Below, in pieces: positions 13,701-24,921 of a stretch of 64,000 nucleotides of DNA; positions within the stretch are counted from its first letter, which is position 1; every line of letters begins with the position of its first letter. Source of the stretch: Lama guanicoe (taxonomy: Eukaryota); NCBI GenBank assembly GCA_013239625.1, contig MU053379.1, forward strand, positions 1,842,866 to 1,906,865, read 5' to 3'. Under the pieces are notes generated by a model. It had not been told where the DNA came from, did not search any database, and worked only from the letters and a program-made list of their open reading frames with translations. The translations under genes were made by a program, and so were the position numbers.

Positions 13701-14658
13701 TGAAGACAAAAAGAACCAGAAAGTAAAGAAAAAAAAATGTCCCAGTTCCTGGCTTGAGCGTTCTCCGCAGGCGTCTGCGGGAAGAACCATGACATCTGCC
13801 TCCGTAGAAGAGAGTTTTCTGGTTTATGGGGTTCCATAAAAGATTGACGATTGATGTACAAGAGCGCTGGCCTCCGCCGCCCTCCGGGGGCACCACAGCC
13901 GCGGGCTGCCCCCCGCAGAGGACGCAGTGGTGGGAGCTCTGCCCTCCCGAGTGAGGCGACCGCCTCTGGCTCTCTCCTCTTACTCCGTGACTCCGCGCTT
14001 ATCATCTGGCAGTGGCGACAGCTCGTGCTTGTCATCAGAAGGGATGAGATTGACTCGGGTCACGGACACGGTGTTGCTAATTGCAGACCACGTCAGGGTG
14101 GCCGTGGGGCAGGAGGGGGCAGGCTCTCTAAGCACTTGGGGGGCTCCACCCCCTCCTGGGGGGCTCATCACTGGCTTCAGGCTCCTTGTAAATCAGATGG
14201 CACCACTCACTGCCTTTGGTGGCTCCACAGAACTCTTGCAGGGCTGAGAAGCCTCTCAGAGATTTGGAAATTCATTCTGGGGCTCCTCACCCTTTTCTGT
14301 CCTTCTTTCCTGCAGTTTTGCTCTGAGGGATGCTCGTGCGGGCTGCGGTGACGGGGGACAGGGGATGAGCGAGACCGCGCTGGGGCTGTCCCTCACACTG
14401 CGCAGGGTGACGGCAATGTGACCTGATGGGCAGTGGGTCCTCGGATAGGGGCCAGAGACTTTGATGTGCTTTCACAGCCTTTATTTAAAAGCTCCGTGTC
14501 TAGGTTAGGCCAACATTTGGGTCGGTTCACACACATATAAGGCCAGCTTCTAGGAAGCGGCTGGAAAGTTGCAGGGCCATCATTTAAACCAAAGTCTTTT
14601 GTCTCTCATGATGATACTTACATCTTCACACAGGTTGAATCGGACACATCAGTCACGA

Positions 14659-15245
14659 TGTTGTGGGAGAAGAGGTTCTCGCCTCGCGCAGGAAAGAATT
14701 CAGGAGCAAGGCACGGGACAGGGAAAGCCAGCTTGTGTGGAGAGATGCGCACTGCGTGGACAGGGAGCGGGCCGACTCACTGAGCGGGGAGAGTGGCTTG
14801 GAGATGCACGCTCCACAAACGGGGTGCGGGCCGCCTCGGAGAGGGGAGAGGGAGGGAAGCCGAGGCGCATGGGCTGTTCAGTTTAAAGTAAAAGAGAAGT
14901 AGAAACTCCACACTGTAGACAGAGTGCAGGCCATCTCAGGAGGCAAGAGAGTGACCGCAGGGTGTGGAGCTGTTAGGTTTTATGGGCTCGGTAATTTCAT
15001 GTGCCAACGAGGATTATTCCTACTGCTGTGGGAAAGGGGCGAGGATTTCCAGGAAGTGGCCCCCCTACTTTTTGACCATTTATGGTCAACCTAGGAACAG
15101 TCATGGCACCTGTGGGCGAGCCATGAGGCTCAAGGTCAACTGGAGGTCAAATCTTGCGCCATCTTGGTTCTAACTAGCTTGTGTCCTGCCCTCAACTGCT
15201 GTGTCGTTCCTTCAGTGCTTGTGCGCCGCCCCCTCCCCCACTTCA
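14659..15245 (-). mobile_element. ERV1-class solo LTR
   Basis: TG...CA termini and a 4-bp TSD acga/gcga (14655-14658, 15246-15249; one mismatch). gcaggaaagaattcag and gccatcttgg are typical of MER4/ERV1-group LTRs read in reverse. Confidence 0.7.
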
Positions 15246-15486
15246 GCGACACTTCACGCTGTCGAAGGTGGAAAACAATTCAGAATGCCTGATGCACTGG
15301 GGGATTTACTGGAGGCTGTTTCTGCAGGAGGCTAGTGTGGTCACCGGGCCAGCAATGTCGTCAGGGGCCCAGGTTCCTTCTCCCCTGTTGCGTTTCTCCC
15401 TCCCTTCTGTGAGCACACGATTCTGGAAGAGATGGGCATGGCCCTTTGTTCCCAGAATCCCTTGCCCCATCAGCTCTTCTGGGCCC

Positions 15487-15526
15487 GTGTGTGTGTGCGT
15501 GTGTGCGTGCGTGCGTGTGTGTGCGT
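15487..15526. repeat. (TG)/(TGCG) microsatellite
   Basis: gtgtgtgtgtgcgtgtgtgcgtgcgtgcgtgtgtgtgcgt. Confidence 0.9.
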
Positions 15527-16399
15527 ATGAGTCAGTCCTTGTGTTGACCTCCTCTCTCTTGTTCCCTACTTCCTTCACTTTTAGAAACAACAGACAAGGA
15601 ATTTCACTTTCCATTTTCCTTCCTGGCTCCCTGACAAAGGGCTCACTGGCCTTGGTGGTGATGGCTGGGATATTCAGGGTCTCTCAGGCTTTGGGAGAGA
15701 GTGTGGGCTGGAGGGAGGGGGAGACAGGTGCAAGGTGCACACCACAGACCATGGGAGGAGGAGGCCTGAGCTGGAGGCACAGAGTGGGTCCCAAATACCA
15801 AATTTTGATCATCTTTTTCTGCTCTCATTAGGATTCTGGAAATTAAACAAACCCTGAGTCTTTAGGCAAATCCTAAACCAATAGAAATTAATGGTGGGGT
15901 GGGCGACTGGGGATGAGGGCAGGGGAGGGCCTGCTCTCTGGCTGAGACGGCAGAAGCAAACCCACCCATTGCTCAGGTGGCAAGTGGTGGCCTGGTGACT
16001 GTGTGTCAGACCGTCCCGTTGGGAGTTCGGGTGCTTGCAGCGTCTTCCTTTTCCTGTTGGTGGATGTGTGACTCAGAATGGAAACCCGGGAGCGCCTGGG
16101 TCCAACCTTTCTCTCCGCTCAACCTTGTTGCCCTCCAGTGGTGGCGTCAGCTTCCACCCTGGAGAGGTGCAGCGGGAGCCAGAGGTAGGGAAATGTGAGC
16201 GCCAGGTGGCTCCGTGCCTAAAGGAAGACCACATGGCCTGTCCCTTCTTCAGTCGTGTCCTTCTCTCTGTGAAGCCTCGAGAGGGTGTTTTAGTTCCGTG
16301 GTGAGAGAAGAGAGGGGAAAGGAAATCATCATTAGCAAATCTACGTGTCTGTGGCCCTGGACCAACCGCACCTTCCCACTTGCTTCAGGAGACATGGTT

Positions 16400-16904
16400 T
16401 CCAGATGAGGCCAAGGTGACCTTCAGTAGCTCACATCCCCGGGGTCCCTCGAGGCCTCCTCTGCCCTCCTCGGGTTCCAGCCGCAGCACAGCAGACAGTG
16501 CCACGTGGGCTCAGACTCCACTGTGGCGACAGTGCCACCTCCAGCTTGGGCCCCGTGTCTTTCCGCTTCCTGGCCCAGGGTCTTCCTGGTAGGTGGGAGC
16601 TGGTTTGGCCCACTCAAAAGTGCAGCCCTCTACTTGGGGGAGTTCATGCTCCTGGGGGCACCCTCAGCTAGCGGGTGAGAGGGGTCACAGCCCCTCAGCC
16701 TGCTGGAGGACAGTATGGGGAGGAATCCTGGGTGCGTCTCCAAGCGGGGTCGTGCCGCAGTGGCCAGAGGCAGCAACTCCATCTGCACCCTCCCATGCCC
16801 CGTCTTGCCTTCCACTCTCCTTCACCTGGGATCCCCTTCAGGATGAACTGCTTCACTCAGTTCTTTGCCTTGGACTTGTCTTTCAGGAAACGCAAACTAG
16901 GACA
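16400..16904 (+). mobile_element. LTR16-like ERVL solo LTR
   Basis: 3' end cttcacctgggatccccttcaggatgaactgcttcactcagttctttgccttggacttgtctttcaggaaacgcaaactaggaca. Confidence 0.6.
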
Positions 16905-17319
16905 CCTCCCAACGTGGCAGACACAGGGATGCAGTCCAAAGTGTTGCTACAGTTTCAGTGACATCTGAGCCTCTCCCCTACTTGGCTGTTGTCTGGGCCC
17001 GGCCTGTGGGGTATTTGCGGGGGGTTTGCATAGACGCTGTGTCTCCACCACCCGGCCCAGCCTTCCCCCCTTGCAGCCTGGACTCGAACCCCTTCCTGGT
17101 GCTCTCATAGCTTATTACCTTGATTCGTAGAAACCACCGCGTGTGTTGCTGGCAGATGAGGACCACTTACGCAGAGAAAAGAGAGCTCTCTGCTTGGCAG
17201 TGCACCCGAGGGACACAGTGGGGCTGAAGCCGGGGGTCCGAGGAGGAGGCTTACTGGGCTTTTGGTTTGGATTCTACCAGACTTTTCATGGGACGGGGTA
17301 AAAGGTGGGCGTGTGTATC

Positions 17320-17760
17320 AGCAAGGAGTCTCTCCATTTCTTTTAGAGAAAAGACAACCCCATCCAGCTCAGGCTGAAAAAGGAATGCATTGCGCCATGT
17401 AATGAAAAGCTCAGATTTGTCTGGCTTCAGGTATTCAGGGGCTGCAGTGTGATGTCCTCGGGACCTGGGCTCCTTTGCCACCTTGTGTGCTGGCTGCGCT
17501 CGTGGGCCTGAGCATCCACACTCTCCTTCCAGCTTCAAGCTCACTTGGGGAGAGTGGGCGGGGTGCTCTCCTGGACGCTCTGCTGTGATTGGCTGGTCTC
17601 AGTTATAGGCACATCTTGGAACCAATCATCTTGGCCTACAGGATGTGGGGCTTTGATTGGCCAGGCCCTCAGTGAGTGAGTGGGGCTCCGCCCAGACCAA
17701 GTAGACTGGGCATGGGGGAGGGGTCACTCCCCAAATGAAAACCTGAGGTTGATTCAAGTT
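17320..17760 (-). mobile_element. MLT1 (MaLR) LTR
   Basis: ctggcttcagg...tgattggctggtctcagt...gaaccaatca...ctttgattggccaggc is typical of old MLT1J/K-type LTRs. Confidence 0.6.
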
Positions 17761-18049
17761 AGGAAAGAAGGGAAGCGGCTGGGAGGGACTCAGGCACCGA
17801 ACTCCAGTTTAGTTAAAATTAACTTCCCAATGCAGGTTTATTGAATCCCTCTTCTATGCAAGTGCTGGGGGCTAATAAAAAGTTGGTATCATCAGGCAGC
17901 TTACAGTCTAACGGCAGAAATAAGAAACATAACGCGTGTTGGAAAGGAATGTGTCATCTGAAGCTATGCTCTGCATACTGTTCTTATGAATGGATATTTA
18001 TTTAGGAATTGTGCTGTAATTAACACTGTAATATATACTATGCGTACAC

Positions 18050-18159
18050 TTAAATTTAAGCCTTGTATCTAATTTTGTATTTGTAAATTTTTCTGTTTAG
18101 AAGAGGGATCCCGAACATTACATAAGCTTCAGGCCCCACAAAACCTGGATCCACCCCTG
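18050..18159. mobile_element. hAT-type MITE terminal fragment
   Basis: taattttgtatttgtaa...ataagcttcaggccccacaaaacctggatccacccctg matches a recalled hAT MER terminus. Confidence 0.5.
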
Positions 18160-18307
18160 ATTTTTATATACCAAGAAACACAAAGTTAACAGGAGGAAGA
18201 TAAAGATGAAATAAACCATTTAAAATAGTTATTTTATTAATAGAGCAAAACACTTCAATATTTTTAAAGTATTATAACTATTAATAGTGTCATGGTCTGT
18301 GAGTACT

Positions 18308-18617
18308 TTTTGATTGAAGTACAGTTGATTTCCAATGTTGTGTTAGTTTCAGGTGTACAGCAAAGGGATTCAGTCGTACATCCATATGTATTCTTTTTCC
18401 GATTCTTTCTCATTATAGGTTATTACAAGATGTTGAGTGTAGTTCCCTGTGCTGTACTGTAGGTCCCTGTTGGTTGTCTGTTTTATATATACTGTGTATA
18501 TGTTAATCCCAAACTCCTAATTTATCCCTCCCCTCCACTTTTCCCCTTTGGTAACCAGAAGTTTGTTCACTATGTCTGTAAGTCTGTTTCTGTTTTGTAA
18601 GTAAGTTCATTTGCATA
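18308..18617 (-). mobile_element. L1 3'-end fragment with TSD
   Basis: TSD tgagtact at 18300-18307 and 18618-18625. Body ttgaagtacagttgattt...ggtgtacagcaaagggattcag...ccctttggtaacc. Confidence 0.85.
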
Positions 18618-19182
18618 TGAGTACTGTTTTATGGAGGACGACATGACTGAGCATATTTAAATCATTTTTGACAATAATAGTTCCATACTTTGAGATACAG
18701 CTAAGGTTCAGTTTAATGTTGATGTGTGGCGGCTGTCCCAACCGAAATAGCTAATTCACCAAGACACTTCGGTCCAAATGGAACAGAAGCCACATAGGCC
18801 ACACCTGCTAAATCAAGATGTTGTGTTTTCAGCTTCATCCACCAATTATGCAAAGACTTTTGTTAACATCTTCCTATTTTTTTCTGGTTTCAACCAATCA
18901 ATCATGCTACTTTTTAGAAGGTATTGATTTATAAATTGTTAATAAGTGGGTTCAAAACTCATTGAAACTCTTCGTGTGGAATGTTTTAAATCAGGTCACC
19001 TAATTCTGCTTCCAGGTTTTAAGGTGGAAAATAGAATTGTTTTTGACTCTCTTGATTTTTATCCTTTTTGGAGGGCAACACAACTTCTTGCTATTTGTTT
19101 TCAAAATGCTCTGTCCACAGAACCGATTTTTTTAGGAAAGTAGGTTCTTTTTCACCTGGTTGTTAAAATGTCACCTTGATGG

Positions 19183-19240
19183 GTGTGTGCACGTGTGCAT
19201 GTGCGCATGTGCATGTGTGCACGTGTGCGTGTGTGTGTGT
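19183..19240. repeat. Alternating purine-pyrimidine (TG/CA/CG) microsatellite
   Basis: gtgtgtgcacgtgtgcatgtgcgcatgtgcatgtgtgcacgtgtgcgtgtgtgtgtgt. Confidence 0.85.
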
Positions 19241-19471
19241 TTTCTGAGATTTGCTAGGTGCATACTTAGCTGTTGGCCACGTCTTCTGATCAGAAAAGTT
19301 TGGCATATTTGTAGCGGTTGTTTTGTAAGAGAGAAATGCACAACTTATCTTTAAGATCAACAGTTTAAAAGAATTCTTTGCCAAACGATAGTCAGTGAAC
19401 ATCTGTGTGGTATAAAAAGATTTCTTGATCATGCTCCCTTCTCATTTCAAGTAGTGTAAAGACTTTATGGT

Positions 19472-19505
19472 CTCACATGTTATCTGCCCTCACATGTTAT
19501 CTGCC
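19472..19505. repeat. 17-bp tandem duplication
   Basis: ctcacatgttatctgcc twice. Confidence 0.9.
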
Positions 19506-20088
19506 GATCTGCCTCGCTGAGCGCTTGCAAAGGCCGCTGTCCTGGATACGCTGAGAGCAAGCGAGCGAGGAAGGGACTCCACGTCGGTCCTGCACTCTGC
19601 CTTCGGGCCCCTCGCCTGCCCTGGGTGACAGTGCCCTTCTGCTACGTTAATTATGGGATACGCTGGCATGTGGACTCAGTGGGGGTGCTTCTGTCAACCT
19701 GCGATTTAACTATTAAGTAAATACGTGCTTTTCTTATTGTCAGATTGGCATGCGATACAGATGTGGAGGTTCTAATGTTTTCTTCTCGCTCTTCAGCAAG
19801 GCAGGTAGCCCGTCTTCCCGGGATGCACAGCTAGGTTTTTAGAAACCCCAGCTCAAGGGATGTTAGGGGTCAGATTATTGAAGCCTTTCAGTTTTCAGAT
19901 TCAGCAACTGAGTTAAAGCGATCCAGCTTCTCCAAGGGCCCAAAGCTACTGACAGATCTGGCACTAGAGTCCCAAGATGGCAACGTCCTGTGAGCAGAAG
20001 CCCAGCCCCTGGGGTCCTTGGGACACACTCTTTTGCCTTAGTTGGTGGGGCAGGGAAGAAAGATGGAGCTGCCATGAAAAGGGCTCTT

Positions 20089-20176
20089 GGGGTGGGTGTA
20101 GCTCAAGTGGTAGAGCTCATGCTTAGCATGCACAAGGTCCTGGGTTCAATCCCCGGTACCTCCATTAAAAAAAAAA
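20089..20176 (+). mobile_element. tRNA-Ala(AGC)-derived short SINE (camelid vic-1-like)
   Basis: ggggtgggtgtagctcaagtggtagagctcatgcttagcatgcacaaggtcctgggttcaatccccggtacctcca followed by an A-tail. A and B boxes are present, but the anticodon and acceptor stems are mispaired. Confidence 0.85.
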
Positions 20177-20504
20177 GGAATAAAATTCAAGAAAGGAGAA
20201 AGCTTTGAACTCAGGCTGCTAGGACCTGCTCTTCTGAAGCCTTTCAAGGGAGTTTGGAAGGGGAGGTGGCGAGGCAGCCGCGAGAGGCCCGTCTCAGGGC
20301 GGAAGCGTCTCAGGGTGGCCAGACGGCACTGTAGCTGCCCAAGTACGTGTCCCACAGGGGCTTGTGCCCAGCAGGGGGCCTCTCCAGTGCCTGGGGACGA
20401 GGAGGGGTCTCCGCATTTAGGACCTAAAGGTGGAGAGATCGAGCAGAGCTTTGTCCGCTGTCCTGGGAACCTGAAGGCACACAGTGAACAACTGAGCACT
20501 GCGC

Positions 20505-20664
20505 CAGCCGCAGAGCTGCTCAGACCTGAGAGCACACACGAGTCGCCTGTTTAAATGCAGAGTCTCACAGGGGGGCCTGGACTGGGCCCTGGATTCTGCA
20601 TTGCTGACAAGCTCCCAGGGGATGCTGTTGGGGCTGGTCCAGGGACCACACTTTGAGCAGCAAG
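20505..20664. mobile_element. MER5-family hAT-Charlie MITE
   Basis: ttaaatgcagagtc...ttctgcattgctgacaagctcccaggggatgctg...gctggtccagggaccacactttgagcagcaag. Confidence 0.75.
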
Positions 20665-23599
20665 ACTATAATGCAGACAGTTTTGTCGGGGTCCTTGAAC
20701 TGTTGGATGCTGTTTTAGGCTTGCCACTAAAATTCCCAGGCCTCTCATTTAAACTTAACCCCAAATCAGTTCAAACTCTTGGCTTAGGCCTCTAGGCTGG
20801 GTGATTTGGGCAGCTCTTGCTCCCAGGGTCACAGTGGAGGGCCTCGGCCAGCCTCTGTGTCCCGGGGAGGGTGTGCGGGCTGGGTTGGGAGGGGCCGGCA
20901 TCCGGAGGGAAGGGAGGGCTGAGCAGCAGTCCAGACCTGGCGGGGAGCAGGAGATGGCTGGGCCTTCCCGCCCCGTCCCGTGCGTGGGTTTGCACGGGGA
21001 CTAGTAACAGGATGCGCCTCCGCGGATGCAGGACACTGTGACCAGCACCCATCGCCCAGCACAGGCCAGAGCCCAGCAGCCCACTCCCTTTCCCCATCAG
21101 GGCCCCAGCAACGCTGGGCCGGACCGTTTCCCTACACCCTGCAGCCTCCTTCTGTGTCTTCTGTTTGGAGGATGGCCCCTGGGGCCTGGGAGCAGCAGCT
21201 CGGACTCTGCTGTGCCCCAGGCAGATTCCAGCTCCACCCGCCCCCAGGAGATGCCCTTGCTGCTGCTGCCCGACCGCGCTGTGCAGGAGCCCTGCAGAGG
21301 ATGGGCGCTGCATTGCCAAAAGCGCCGGCGTCCCTGGGGCAGGTTGGGGGGGGTTACTGTACCCCTTTTCCCCTCTGAGTGAAAGGGAGTCCCATCAGAG
21401 GGACAGACAAACGTCAACTTTGCACTGGGTTTCCTCTTGGAAAGGTGTGGTGCCCTGACACTGGGCTACGGTTTAAGGGCAGCGTGCGAGCAGCACCTGC
21501 GGCTCCACCTGCGCTCACGGGGGAGGGCTTGCCGGCCTGTCGGACAGGGAGTGCGGCCAGCCCGAGAGAGGAGACGGCTAAACGGAGTCTGTGGCCTCCC
21601 CCAGCTCCGAGTTCTCCGGATCTGCCCTGCTCTGGCTTTCTGGAAGCTCTGAGGCCCTGGAGTGAATCCGTGCTCCAGCCAATCTCTGGCTTCTTCCTCT
21701 CATGGTGGGTCTGGAGAGCTCACAACCTGTCCACGGTCCGAACTCCTTTCCAAGAAGCCATGCAGAGCCACGCTGCTTTCTAGCTGGAAACTCCGTGTGA
21801 AGCTGTACGTGCAGAGGCTGGCCCCTCCATCCTCCCCTGTTCACCCACAGAGGGTGAGAGCCAGGGCTCGGGAGGGAGGGAGGGGCGGCGGGGAGGGGGC
21901 TAGCTGGAGAGGGGGCTGGAAGAACGGCTCCCCGAGTCTGCAGAAGGCGTCCGCGGGCTGCAGGCTTATGCAAACCTGCCCTCCGACCCCGGGCGAGGAC
22001 CCCGGGCTCCCAGAGTGGAGGCAGCTGTGTAAACTGCAGGGCGGGGTGTTTATAGCCCAGCAGAGCGGCGCTGGGCCGGGCTGCAGCCGGCCGTGCAGCC
22101 GTGGGCTCTGTCTCTTGTTCTCCTCGCTGACTTTTCTGGACGTTCTGGCTTCAGCGTTGCCTTAGGCACTCCGGGACTCAGTGTCCCCACCTGCTGCTCT
22201 GATCCCCAGGGGGCTTTCTCCATCCCAGTTTTAAAGAAGAAATGACGTGTTCCAGTTCTTGGGGAGGGGAGAGTAAGCACAGCCTCCCAAACGGAGCTGC
22301 TGACCGCAGGAGGCCGCTTACCCCGGGCTCCCCGAGCTCGGGCCTGAGCAGAACACGCACACCTGGGCTTTGGAGTCAGATCTGGGCCTGAGTCCCGGCT
22401 CGCTGCTTAACCCTGTCAGCGGCGGCAGTGAAATGGTCCAAACTCCCGGGGAGAGGGTGGAGTGAGATGGCGCGGGAAGGCCGCTTGGCACACAGGCAAG
22501 GGGCTCGCAAGACAGTTCTGAGGCTGCTGGACCCGCCCCTGCTGCCTGTGCACGCGCCTGAAGGAGGCAGACGCCCCCTGCTCCTCCGCGGGCAGAGAGG
22601 CCCGCTCTCCGCGCGGCCTGGGACCAGCATGCGGGATGGGGGAGCCCTGTGGGACGAGCGTGCGCATTGGAGAAAGCGTGTTAGGCTTCGGGTGAAGTTG
22701 GGACCTAGGACACCTGAGGAAATCCACTCTGGGTGTCAGAAATCCTTGGGCTTTCCAAGCCCCAGTCACAGGGAGGAAGAAGGGGAAACAGAGACAGAGA
22801 GAGAGACAGGGAGAGGCAGAGAGGAGAGCGGGAGAGGGCCCGTGCACGGCTCTGTAATGGAAACCTGGCACCCGGCCTGCACGCTTTCCTTCCTTCGAGC
22901 AAGTGGCTTGAGTCTCGAGTTGAGGACTTCCTCTCCTTCCAGCCAGCGCCCCACGCTGTCTCCATGGGCCACTCCTGTCCCCCTTCTCAGAGCCTGCAGT
23001 CATACCTGCTGCCCTGCTGGGGACATGTGACGTGTCAGACTGCTGCCTCGCTCTTCACGCCCCCCACCCCCTCCCTGGCTGATTAGGCCGACATGCAACT
23101 TCCAGGGCTCAGACCCGGTGGACAGGGGCCAGGTGTTTTTATTGACATTGCTCAAGTGCAGTCGCGGGGCAGACCCTGCCGAGCAGAGTCCAGGGAGGCC
23201 AGGAGGGAGGGAGGGAGGGAGAGCAGTGGGCCCCTCTCTGAATCCCCTCTGCCTTCCCCACTGCCCTCCCCAACCCTGCCGACACCCAAGACTCTAACCC
23301 TCCAGGTCATGACCAAGGGACTGGCCGAGTCTCTGAGAAATGCACCCTGAGCAGAGCACTGTGCGTCCAGTGGGGCTTTAGAACCATTTTCTTCCTGTTT
23401 GTGATGCTTTCACGGGGTGATGCTCCTTCCTCCCCACTGTTTCTGGTAGTGTCTGGGGGAAGTAGGTCCAGCGAGACTGCGTCCGCCCCAGTCTGTTATG
23501 AAGTGCAGGCCGCATTGTCGATCTGTCTTGCTAAAAGCTGAGAAATACGGCCAGATGGGTTTCACCCTCTCCAGGGATCCACCAAGAATGTGGCCTTGG

Positions 23600-23810
23600 G
23601 CGGTCACCAGACGTGGGTTCAAATCTCCGTTCTCCTCCTCTTTGCTTGCTGTGTGTCCTTGGACAAGCCTTTCAACCTCTTTGTGCTTTGGTTTCTTAAT
23701 TTGCAAATGGAGTTAGTAGGTCAGAATAAGACTGTTGTTAAGACTGACACTTAGTAAAGAACGGAAAGTTCCTTGCGCATAATGGACACTCAGTAGGTGG
23801 CAGCTGTGAT
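23600..23810 (+). mobile_element. MIR SINE
   Basis: cagacgtgggttcaaatctc...gctgtgtgtccttggacaagcctttcaacctctttgtgctttggtttcttaatttgcaaatgg. Confidence 0.75.
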
Positions 23811-24439
23811 GACTGAGCTGGCGGTTGATGTGGCCGTGGGGTGGCTCTGAGTTGAGGCAGATCACTTCTACTCGGACTTATTTACTCTAAAGGTAAGGCG
23901 ACCCGGGAACCAACTGCCCCTTCCTACCTTCCCAGCAGTATTGTGAGGACAGATAAAACGCGTATAATATTGTCACGCCGGGGTCTCGGCGGGAAGTGAA
24001 TGCGGTGCTTTGCTTTTATCGCCCTGATTTTTCGGACTCTGGTCTCTGTGTCTGTGCACCAGCGGTCAGCGGTCACACGTAGTTTTGCTGAGATAAACGT
24101 GTGTGGGTTTTGGAACCCAGAGGTGCTGCCTTCATGGCCTCTAACTCCTGAGGACGCTGAGTCGTTATGTTAAAAAAAATCCTCTCATTTTCTGCTACAA
24201 TAGTTGGCTTTCTCTTTATATCTCTTAATTGGTATCAGCTTTCCTCTCAGAATTACAGAACCATGGAAACTTGGCCTAAGAAAGAACTTTGGAAGTCACT
24301 GGACGGGACACTCCTGCTTCTTCGTAAATCTTTGGAATTTTCCTGAATGTTAGGATTGCAGCGCCACAGAACACTTTCCTTTGACCCAAATCATGAGAAC
24401 AGCAGAATAGCCAATCTGTTGGTCTCATGTAGGCTGGAA

Positions 24440-24921
24440 GATGCCGCTGGTGTCCTGCCCACATCACTTTCTTCTGACCTCTTCAGAGCACACTGGCACC
24501 GTCCAACTTTTAGCACCTGTGTCTCACTGTCTGAAGCCTTTTTCTGGGTACCAGAACCCCCCTTAGACACCCAAGTGGCAGATTGGAAGTGCCAGGGAAT
24601 TAATGCCCCCTGGGAACAGCCTTCATTCAACCATTGGCAGGCCAGGAGCAGGTGGATAAATACCCAAGCTCCCTCACCCCTTGGGTGTCTGAGTTGTGTG
24701 TCTACACCGGCCCCCACAGCTTTCCAGAGGGGTCAAGCTCTAGTTTCCTCATTTTAGCAACTGACTTGAAAACACACCTCCGTTGGCTGGCTCCTCTGCC
24801 CTGTCCCGTTTCCCTGTTCCCCCATGGGTGCTTCCTGCGGTCCCCCACCCCCCCCAATGTAAACCTCCTGTGCTCAAATCTTTGTCCTCAGGGGATGCTT
24901 CTGCGGAAACAGCCTGAGACA
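24440..24921 (+). mobile_element. LTR16-like ERVL solo LTR
   Basis: aagtgccagggaattaatgccccctgggaacagcc...ggtggataaatacccaagctccctcacccc...ctcaaatctttgtcctcagg...gagaca. Confidence 0.7.

Noticed and set aside
19770..19810. Strong branch point, pyrimidine tract and acceptor (AG at 19795-19796)
   Set aside because: Only a weak donor 8 nt later, and frame-breaking. No supportable exon.
20089..20164. Functional tRNA-Ala(AGC) gene
   Set aside because: Anticodon stem has two mismatches, acceptor stem is mispaired, and it is followed by an A-tail rather than a T-run terminator. A second degenerate copy exists, so it is a SINE.
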